DNA of 64,000 nucleotides from Candidatus Daviesbacteria bacterium (GTDB lineage Bacteria; Patescibacteriota; Microgenomatia; Daviesbacterales; UBA10151): NCBI GenBank assembly GCA_041690695.1, contig JBEPVZ010000001.1, positions 14,943 to 78,942 of the forward strand, read 5' to 3'. Shown piece by piece: positions 57,601 to 64,000 of this stretch (position 1 is its first letter; each line of letters starts with the position of its first letter). The notes under the pieces were generated by a model. It saw only the letters and a program-made list of their open reading frames with translations, ran no database searches and was not told where the DNA came from. The position numbers and the translations under genes were made by a program.

Positions 57601-60600
57601 CTTCAGCAAAACCGCCAAGTTTGATACCGTCGCCTGGGCCTTAACTACAGCAGGGGTAGGTGGACAGATTGCTTGGGAGTATTGGAACGGTAGTTCTTGG
57701 GTGTCTATTACTAAATTTTTAGGATTAACTGCTCCATCGTTTAGTGCCAGTGGTTATATCAGCTTTATTCCCCCCTCAGATTGGGCAACCACCAGCGTTA
57801 ACAGTGAAGTCACACCTTACTACTACCTCCGGGCTCGAACAATTACCGCATTTACCACCACACCAGTCGGGTTCCAGGTCACATCCATACCTCAAACTAA
57901 CTGGAGTAGCTTCTTAGCCACCCCAATCTCAAATACTGTTTATGGGATGTGGACCGAAAATGGCACATCGCCGACTCGAATTAAACTCAAAGCTCTATCC
58001 GTTACTCCAGAAACTACTGGAACAAGCACGACTAACTTGACTAACCCCGGTGTGGTCGGTTACTCCTCAACCACTGCCGCCACCCAAGTCTCGACCCAAC
58101 ACCATTTGGTTCGAACCTCGGACGGGACTCTCCATGCTTTTATTCAAGCCAGCAGTCGGTTAGCTTGTGGTGGTAGTTCAACTAATAATAACCTCGGGCT
58201 AAACTGGGTCTACTCAACTGATAACGGTGGCACATGGAACTGTGGTGGACAGTTATCAAACGATGTTAGCAACTTGGAATATGCCTCGGCTACGGTTGAT
58301 TCGTCGGATAATATTTATGTCGTTTATTCAGTTATCGCCGATGGCTCAAACGCCGCCTACAGTACTTTTTATCGAAAGTTAACCAAAGGTAGTGGTTCAA
58401 CCTGGACACTCAGCGGAGCCCAAAATGCTCTTGACTCGTCGTCAGGCACAATTGCCTATACTTATTCAACGATTGAAGCTCAAGGCACAACTCGGTTATG
58501 GCTGGCCACACGCTACTTTGACGGCAATAACTATCAGGTCGCCACCTATTACTCAAGTGATATGTCGGCTACGCCGACCTGGACCGCCTCCCAAGTGCCA
58601 CTTGATACCGCTTCAGGTAGCGTCTCTGACCACTACCCGGCCTTAGTCCGATTTGGTTCAAGTATTGGCGTGATTTATAGCGCTCAATTCCCTGCAGCTC
58701 AACAACGCTGGCGGTACCGCAACGACTCAGATGGCTTAACAACCTGGTCTCAAGAAGGGGTAGTCAGTACCGAAAACATGGCCAATGCCACATTTACCGC
58801 CGTTGGAGATACCAACGGTAACGTCTACTATGCCTCAAATAGCACGACCAATATCTTCTTTTCTTATTGGAATGGGACCGTCTGGTCAAACCCAACCACG
58901 GTCAGCGCCACAGCAGCCTCAGTGGCTTTTGTTGGACTATCAACCGATGGCTATAACGTTTGGGTGACTTATGGAGACACCAATGGCGTCTCAGCATCTT
59001 TGCCAGGATCAAGAAAGTTAGTCTACAAAAAGGGTATTCCGCCTTACACCGCCACCGAATTTGATGCTGCCAGCACTAATACCATCGCCAGCGAAGACGT
59101 CTTTGATAAATATTGGAGCTTTGTTTCCAGTGCTTATACCGATAACACCACCGGCGCCAGCAACGTCACCGCCTCAGACACCCAAATGGTAACCGGAGTG
59201 GGTGATATCGCTTATTTCGGAAAACTGGCCAAATTCGATACCGTCGCTTGGGCGTTATCGACGAATGGCACCTCGGGAATTGTGACTTGGGAGTATTGGA
59301 ACGGTAGTGCCTGGGTCGGGTTGACTGATTTCCAAGGATTTTCGGCCCCATCATTTACCTCCGCGGGCTACGTCACCTTTATTCCACCATCGGATTGGGC
59401 AACCACCAAAGTTAATAGTGAAAGTACTGCCTATTATTATCTTCGAGCTCGGACTACCACCGCCTTTGGCACCCCTCCAGTTGGGTTACAGATGATGAGC
59501 ATGCCGTTAATTAGTTGGGGCGGAGTGTTAGCTGCGCCGGTGTCTAATACTATTTATGGTTTATGGAACGAGAACGGTAATGCCCCTGTTCGAGTCAGAA
59601 GCGGTTCATTTACAATTTCCGCTACCACCCCAAATACCGCCAGTGCCGCCAATCTATTACCATCAGTTGCTTCAGCAACTCTTTACTCTTCAACCACCAC
59701 CGCTACTCAGCCATCAACTGAGCGTCACATCGTTCAAACTTCGGACGGAACTCTCCACACCTTTATCCAAGCTGGCAATAGTAGCCCTTGTGGTAACTCA
59801 ACAAGTTCGACTAACGTTGGTAACACTCCTGGACTTGATTGGCTATATTCAACCGATTCTGGCCAAAATTGGAGCTGCGGAGGACAATTATCAAATGATA
59901 TTGCTAGCCTGGTCTACGCCTCAGCGACCGTTGATTCAGCCGATAATATTTATGTTGTTTACTCAATGGCAGTTAATGGTTCTAATGCTGCGGCAGATGT
60001 TTACTATCGAAAGTTAACTAAAGGTAGTGGGTCAACTTGGACTCTAGGATCATCCCAAACCGTTTTAGATGCAAGTGCCACTCAGGGCTATAGTTATGCC
60101 ACAATCGAAGCCGAAGGAACTAATCGATTATGGCTTGCTGTTCGTTATTTCGATAACGTCAACTATCAAGTCTCAGTTTATTATTCAAACGACCTGTCTG
60201 ACACTCCAACTTGGACAGCATCTCAAACGACTTTAGATACAGCTGGAAATGCTGCGACTAGTCACTATCCGGCATTGGTTAGATTTGGTAGTAATATTGG
60301 AGTCATTTACAACGAGCAAGCCACCAGTAATATGCGTTGGCGATATCGGGCTGATTCAGATGGAGTGACTAGCTGGAATAGTGAAGCAACTGTTTCATCA
60401 ACCAATCCCGTTAGCCCAACTTTTTCGGCCGCTGGTAATACCTCCTCAAGTAATGTTTATGTGGCGATGAATGTAGGTACTAATGTTATCTTTACGGCCT
60501 GGACGGGAGCAGCGTGGTCAGCGAATGCCACCGTTTCATCACTCGCCGCAAGTGCAGCCTTTGTATCCGTCTCAACCGTCGGCTCAAACGTTGAGGTTTA

Positions 60601-63600
60601 TTATGGCGATACGACCGGTTTGTCAGGGACTTTATCAGGCTCAAGAAAGTTGGTTTACAAACAAGGGGTCTCGCCTTACGCCACTGCCAATTTTGATACC
60701 AACCCAACTCAAGCCGTTTCCTACCACGGGACTTTTGATAAATATTGGAGTTTTGTCTCAAGTGCCTATGTTAACGATACGACGGATGCCGCCGATGTCG
60801 ATGCGACCAACACCGGCTCAAGCGGCGCCGGCAATGATATGCAGATGGTCACGGCGGCTGGAGATATTGCTTATTTTGGAAAAACCGCTAAATTTGATAC
60901 CGTAGCCTGGGCGCTAACAACTGCAGGAATTGGTGGCCAAATTGTCTGGGAATATTGGAATGGCTCAAGTTGGGTACCAATTAATAAGTTCCTAGGGGTA
61001 TCGGCACCATCATTTACCGCCTCAGGTTACATTAGCTTTATTCCACCATCTGATTGGGCAACCACGGCGGTCAATAGCGAAGGCTCAAGTTTTTACTATC
61101 TTCGGGCCCGAACGATTACCAATTTCACGACCACCCCAGTCGGTTTCCAAGCAGCTTCTATCCCACAGATCAACTGGGCCTCGGCTGTTCAAAATGCCGC
61201 TAATTTGTACTATATCTGGGCAGAAAATGCTAATACTCCAGTTCGAGTTCGTTACTCAGCCTACATTTACAACGTGGCTCCAAATGTCCCGAGTGCGCTT
61301 GGCCCAAGTAATTTAGTTGATGGCAGCGCCACCAATAGCAGTCAGCCAACCCTGACCTTTACAACCAGCGATACTAATATTGGCGACACTGTCCAATATA
61401 GAATTCAGATTGATGACTCATCTGATTTCGCCTCTCCCGTCGTCGACTATACATCGGCACTGGCAGCAACCGGAGCGACCAGTTTTACAGTTGGCCAAGC
61501 AGCTGGTAGTGGAAGTTATACGGTTGGCTCATCCTCTCAAACCCTGTCCGATGGCTCATATTATTGGAGAGTCCAATTAACGGACTTGGGAGGATTAAGT
61601 TCTTCAAATACCACCGCCAACGGGGGAGCGGTAGCTTTCCAAGTTGATACCACTCATCCAACTAGCAATACTACAACCATTACGATGCTCCGAGGCAATG
61701 GGGGAACGGTCGTCACTTCAAATGGCTGGACTAAGCAAAATACTCCTTATTTCTCATGGGACGCTGGGACTGACAATGTCGGAGGATCTGGAGTCAAAGG
61801 CTATTGTCTTTATCTTGGGACGGATATAGCGGGAGATCCAGCCACCAGCAAAGGCTTACTTGGGACAAGTCCAGTCTCAACGACTGGTAGCACTTGTCAA
61901 TTTATCATTTCTACGACCTCGATTGATCTGTCCACCTTGGCTTATCAAGGTGGAACTTGGCTGACGACTTCGTCCTCACCTTATTATTTAAATATTAAGA
62001 TTATTGATAGCGTTAATAATGTTTATTCGGGATCTTCGACTCAGTTCCAATTTAGATACGATAACGTTATCCCAAATAACGTCGCCTTCATTAATCCAGC
62101 TTCCGGGAACTTTAGTAACGTCGTTGATATGAGTTTTGCCTGGCCAACCACTGGTGCATCAAGTGCCACCGATACTACAGCCGGAGTGTTAGGTTGGCAA
62201 TACCAGATTAACTCAACAAGTGGAACATGGCTTGGGACCACCACAAATACTGGACTAGGTGTTAGTTATATTCCAACAACTGATAATTCTTATACTTTAA
62301 CTAGTCTTCAAGATGGTCCGTCGATCGTCAGCGGCAATAATACGATCTATTTTAGAACGATCGATACGGCTGGGAATGTTTCAAGTGATGCCACCATTCG
62401 AACTGGGGTTTTGCAGTTTGGTGGAGCAGCCCCAAGCTTTAGTGGAGGATCAACCGTTAGTGTCAGTCCATCAACCTCAACCACCAATGGCTTTACCTTA
62501 TCCTGGCCAGCCGCAACAGCCACTGGGGGGCAAAATGTCACCCATTACTACTACATGATCAACACCACCCCTCCCGCCAGTCTAGCCACCCTCCAAGGGA
62601 ACTCTTCTGCCTATATTGATAATGGCACTTCATTGAATGTCCCCGCCACTGCTTTAACTAATGTTAATAAAGGCACCAATACCGTTTATGTGGTGGCAAT
62701 CGATGATGCGACTACTCCAAACTATTCACCAAGTAGTTACATCTCGGGAACCTTTACCCTTAATTCGACGAGCCCTGATAACGTCGGTAACTTAATTGCG
62801 ACTGATTCCTCGATTAAGTCGATCTCCCAATGGAATGTGACCTTAACCTGGACCGCCCCAGCTTACCAAGGAGCTGGCAATTTAACTTATCTGGTTTATC
62901 GCTCAACGGATAACTCCAGTTTTTCTCAAGTCGGTAGCTCGACCGGATTATCCTATGTCGATGGAGCCCCAGATTCATCCTTGTTTTATTACAAAGTTTA
63001 TTCAAAAGATGGAGCTAATTCCCAAAGCTCAGGCACAAACTCAGTTTCAATTACCCCAACTGGAAAATGGACATCTGCTCCTGACTTAGATACTGGTCCA
63101 ACCGAAAGTAATATTACGACTAAAAATGCCACTATTATCTGGAGCACTAGTCGCTCGGCTGATTCGAAAATTGCCTATGGAACATCGTCCGGTAGCTATG
63201 GGGCAGTTGAACCTTCCAGTTCAACCCAAACGACCTCCCATTCTATTCAATTAACTGGCCTAACTCCAGGCACAACCTATTATTACGTCGCAAAATGGAC
63301 CGATGAGGATGGAAATACAGGCTCCTCATCAGAAAAGAACTTTCAAACCGCTCCAGCGCCAACTGTTCAAGATGTCTCAGCCACTAATGTGGGCTTAGAT
63401 TCGGCAATTATTAATTTCACCTCGGTAGGCGCTTCCTCAGTTAAAATTTATTATGGAACAACAGTTGCCTTTGGAGCAGTCAAAGAGATCTCAACCTCAA
63501 TAGCCTCAACAGCTTATACCGCTCAATTAATAGGCTTGGCTGATGGCACAAAATATTATTATAAAATTAACACCTTTGATAGCGATGGCAGTGAATACGA

Positions 63601-64000
63601 TGGTACCGCCTTAGACTTTACAACTTTGCCCAGGCCGAAAATCTCTGGGGTCCGAATTCAACAGGTTAGTAATACCGCTCAAACCGAACTACTCATCTCC
63701 TGGACAACTAATACCGAAGTGTCCTCAATCGTGACCTATTATCCCGAAGGCAACCCTGGAGCCTCAAGAGATGAAGTTAATGTCGCCCTCATTAAAGGTC
63801 CGCACCAGGTTATTATTAGAAGCTTACTCCCACAAAGCCCGTATTTACTCCAAGTTAAAGGTCGTGATAAGGCCGGCAACGAAGCCTCATCTGATATCCA
63901 AAAACTAACCACGGCGACAGACACCCGACCTCCTCAAATTTCAAGTTTAGATGTTGAAGGTTCAAATGTTCCAGCAGTCAGTTCAAACGGTCAAGAATCA
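54674..64000 (+). CDS. Giant membrane-anchored surface protein, 5' part only (more than 3100 codons in the window, no stop). N-terminal signal anchor, then four tandem ~540-aa BNR/Asp-box repeat modules, then multiple FN3-like domains
   Basis: Hand translation from ATG 54674 runs open to the window end; the other five frames give only short ORFs in the track. Each module has Asp-box motifs (STDNGATW, YSTDSGSTW, YSTDNGGTW, YSTDSGQNW), conserved Cys pairs and the YYLRARTxTAFTTTPVGFQ motif. The C-terminal part has FN3-like units (for example AYGTSSGSYG...LTGLTPGTTYYY). Confidence 0.6.
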   Translation, partial: MKKLLKKPNLNYSRRTYLAILVTVIFFSLAATIWAAISSNIGNSSTTAATQASTEKHMVRTSEGTMHSFVQVGTQTSTCGGVAKSGLLWFDSTDNGATWVCQSQLSSDTTNLMYASATVDSSDNVYVVYSVAVNGASASNDVFYQKLTKGSGATWTVGAAQTVLDASASTGYSYAVMEVEGTTRLWLAARYFDGSNYQVTVYDSNNLNDAPTWTVSQASLDTAGNGTTTHFPAMVRFGSNIGILYNAQLPTAVMRWRIRNDSDGLTSWSAENVVSANLPTTPTFSAISDSAGNVYFAQNNTTNVLFNYWNGSTWSATTVVSATAASNTFVSLSTDGTNVWIFYGDTNGLSPTLSGSRKLVYKKGILPYTATEFDTNPTNAVAYQDTFDKYWSFVSSAYTNDTVDAGDIDATNTVSSGAGNDVQMTTAIGDIAYFGKTAKFDAISWAMTTNGIGGVIAWEYWNGSSWTALSFTTSSAPNFTASGYGAFTAPADWATTAINGEGSSFFYIRARTTTAFTTTPVGFQMTSIPLINWSNFLPAPVSNTIYGQWTENASSPVKVRTGSISVTANTPNAASTANLTGVIGYSATNVATQPSNLRHMVKTSDGTIHAFIQSSTVSPCGASTSSNNGMGVNWIYSTDSGSTWACGGLLSNDTTNLMYASATVDSSDNIYVVYSSATAGANANFKIYYRKLKKGSGSTWTVGSQQTAVDATSSQGFNYATIEVEGTTRLWLAARYFDGTNYQVSVYYSNDQSAAPTWTVSQATLNTGSTASIDNIPEIVRFGSSIGVVYTASTVNITRWRYRNDGDSLTSWVQESNVSTENLDSAAFTVVSDGSNVYYASNQLTNIFFTYWNGTAWQPTNTISATAIADNLVSLSTDGTNVWIFYTDTTNLSATLTGSRKMVYKKGVAPFNVANFDATATAVNSYEDVFDKYWSFVSSAYTNDTVDAGDLDATNTASSGAGNDLQMVTGAGDIAYFSKTAKFDTVAWALTTAGVGGQIAWEYWNGSSWVSITKFLGLTAPSFSASGYISFIPPSDWATTSVNSEVTPYYYLRARTITAFTTTPVGFQVTSIPQTNWSSFLATPISNTVYGMWTENGTSPTRIKLKALSVTPETTGTSTTNLTNPGVVGYSSTTAATQVSTQHHLVRTSDGTLHAFIQASSRLACGGSSTNNNLGLNWVYSTDNGGTWNCGGQLSNDVSNLEYASATVDSSDNIYVVYSVIADGSNAAYSTFYRKLTKGSGSTWTLSGAQNALDSSSGTIAYTYSTIEAQGTTRLWLATRYFDGNNYQVATYYSSDMSATPTWTASQVPLDTASGSVSDHYPALVRFGSSIGVIYSAQFPAAQQRWRYRNDSDGLTTWSQEGVVSTENMANATFTAVGDTNGNVYYASNSTTNIFFSYWNGTVWSNPTTVSATAASVAFVGLSTDGYNVWVTYGDTNGVSASLPGSRKLVYKKGIPPYTATEFDAASTNTIASEDVFDKYWSFVSSAYTDNTTGASNVTASDTQMVTGVGDIAYFGKLAKFDTVAWALSTNGTSGIVTWEYWNGSAWVGLTDFQGFSAPSFTSAGYVTFIPPSDWATTKVNSESTAYYYLRARTTTAFGTPPVGLQMMSMPLISWGGVLAAPVSNTIYGLWNENGNAPVRVRSGSFTISATTPNTASAANLLPSVASATLYSSTTTATQPSTERHIVQTSDGTLHTFIQAGNSSPCGNSTSSTNVGNTPGLDWLYSTDSGQNWSCGGQLSNDIASLVYASATVDSADNIYVVYSMAVNGSNAAADVYYRKLTKGSGSTWTLGSSQTVLDASATQGYSYATIEAEGTNRLWLAVRYFDNVNYQVSVYYSNDLSDTPTWTASQTTLDTAGNAATSHYPALVRFGSNIGVIYNEQATSNMRWRYRADSDGVTSWNSEATVSSTNPVSPTFSAAGNTSSSNVYVAMNVGTNVIFTAWTGAAWSANATVSSLAASAAFVSVSTVGSNVEVYYGDTTGLSGTLSGSRKLVYKQGVSPYATANFDTNPTQAVSYHGTFDKYWSFVSSAYVNDTTDAADVDATNTGSSGAGNDMQMVTAAGDIAYFGKTAKFDTVAWALTTAGIGGQIVWEYWNGSSWVPINKFLGVSAPSFTASGYISFIPPSDWATTAVNSEGSSFYYLRARTITNFTTTPVGFQAASIPQINWASAVQNAANLYYIWAENANTPVRVRYSAYIYNVAPNVPSALGPSNLVDGSATNSSQPTLTFTTSDTNIGDTVQYRIQIDDSSDFASPVVDYTSALAATGATSFTVGQAAGSGSYTVGSSSQTLSDGSYYWRVQLTDLGGLSSSNTTANGGAVAFQVDTTHPTSNTTTITMLRGNGGTVVTSNGWTKQNTPYFSWDAGTDNVGGSGVKGYCLYLGTDIAGDPATSKGLLGTSPVSTTGSTCQFIISTTSIDLSTLAYQGGTWLTTSSSPYYLNIKIIDSVNNVYSGSSTQFQFRYDNVIPNNVAFINPASGNFSNVVDMSFAWPTTGASSATDTTAGVLGWQYQINSTSGTWLGTTTNTGLGVSYIPTTDNSYTLTSLQDGPSIVSGNNTIYFRTIDTAGNVSSDATIRTGVLQFGGAAPSFSGGSTVSVSPSTSTTNGFTLSWPAATATGGQNVTHYYYMINTTPPASLATLQGNSSAYIDNGTSLNVPATALTNVNKGTNTVYVVAIDDATTPNYSPSSYISGTFTLNSTSPDNVGNLIATDSSIKSISQWNVTLTWTAPAYQGAGNLTYLVYRSTDNSSFSQVGSSTGLSYVDGAPDSSLFYYKVYSKDGANSQSSGTNSVSITPTGKWTSAPDLDTGPTESNITTKNATIIWSTSRSADSKIAYGTSSGSYGAVEPSSSTQTTSHSIQLTGLTPGTTYYYVAKWTDEDGNTGSSSEKNFQTAPAPTVQDVSATNVGLDSAIINFTSVGASSVKIYYGTTVAFGAVKEISTSIASTAYTAQLIGLADGTKYYYKINTFDSDGSEYDGTALDFTTLPRPKISGVRIQQVSNTAQTELLISWTTNTEVSSIVTYYPEGNPGASRDEVNVALIKGPHQVIIRSLLPQSPYLLQVKGRDKAGNEASSDIQKLTTATDTRPPQISSLDVEGSNVPAVSSNGQES
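54833..61350 (+). repeat. Four tandem in-frame coding repeats of ~1625-1635 nt within the giant gene, diverged at nucleotide level
   Basis: Conserved H(M/L/I)V(R/K/Q)TS(E/D)GT codon blocks start at about 54842, 56468, 58103 and 59726, giving spacings of 1626, 1635 and 1623 nt. Confidence 0.6.

Noticed and set aside
54833-61350. Considered whether the 1.63-kb tandem repeats could be a CRISPR-like or noncoding array
   Set aside because: Period and length are far outside CRISPR range. The repeats are in-frame, protein-level conserved and nucleotide-diverged, and there are no short spacers or cas genes in the window.
54795-62558. About a dozen 60-150-aa ORFs listed in the track within the giant gene region (e.g. 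55488..55817, 59556..60017, 60483..60905)
   Set aside because: All are in other frames or on the opposite strand of a continuous, repeat-structured, motif-rich ORF in frame 2. They are typical off-frame artefacts of a GC-richer coding region.
1-64000. Alternative genetic code (UGA recoded, as in Gracilibacteria/SR1)
   Set aside because: Many well-conserved genes (tmk, murA, obg, ABC ATPases) terminate at TGA at expected lengths, including the ATGA overlap at 54674. Reading through TGA in the truncated TM2-like ORF did not recover the expected second TM2 helix.

Overview
Low-GC bacterial chromosomal segment with dense coding on both strands and no evidence of UGA recoding. Streamlined features (a short Obg, an RRM protein, many secreted or surface proteins) may fit an ultrasmall or Patescibacteria-like organism, but that is inference only.

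Recognisable housekeeping genes: dTMP kinase, a PfkB sugar kinase, a PRTase, YrdC/TsaC, asd-lysC, Tag glycosylase, a RibD_C/DHFR-like reductase, MurA, Obg, DedA, an NRAMP transporter, a VIT transporter, two NUDIX hydrolases, HIT, and a GreA-like factor. There are two NitT/TauT-type ABC systems and seven tRNA genes, worked out by hand: Gly-TCC, Leu-TAA, Pro-TGG, Gln-TTG, Gly-GCC, Phe-GAA, Val-TAC. I found no rRNA, no CRISPR, and no transposase or integrase.

The standout content is cell-surface protein architecture and its apparent mobility:
- Two paralogous large surface proteins (11564..13684 and 33087..36221, both minus strand) share a C-terminal FN3-like + CarboxypepD_reg-like + TM-anchor module.
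- The second one sits in a 3.4 kb segment bracketed by a 108-bp direct duplication of the 5' end of the downstream RibD_C gene.
- The first one is followed by a hypothetical gene bracketed by two copies of a ~58-nt repeat.
- From 54674 to the window edge runs an uninterrupted ORF of more than 3100 codons. It is absent from the ORF track because its stop lies beyond the window. It encodes a membrane-anchored protein with four tandem ~1.63 kb (~540 aa) repeats, each carrying BNR/Asp-box motifs and conserved cysteines, followed by several FN3-like domains.

Other points of interest:
- An asd-lysC / ATP-grasp / PLP-decarboxylase / class-III aminotransferase neighbourhood that could make a diaminobutyrate- or diaminopropane-type product.
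- An HNH endonuclease ORF whose 3' end overlaps tRNA-Phe inside a tRNA cluster.
- A perfect 24-nt palindrome immediately upstream of an ABC operon start.
- A Tat-signal protein in a GC-shifted stretch.

Coordinates for features I derived by hand (tRNAs, repeats, hairpins) may be off by 1-2 nt.
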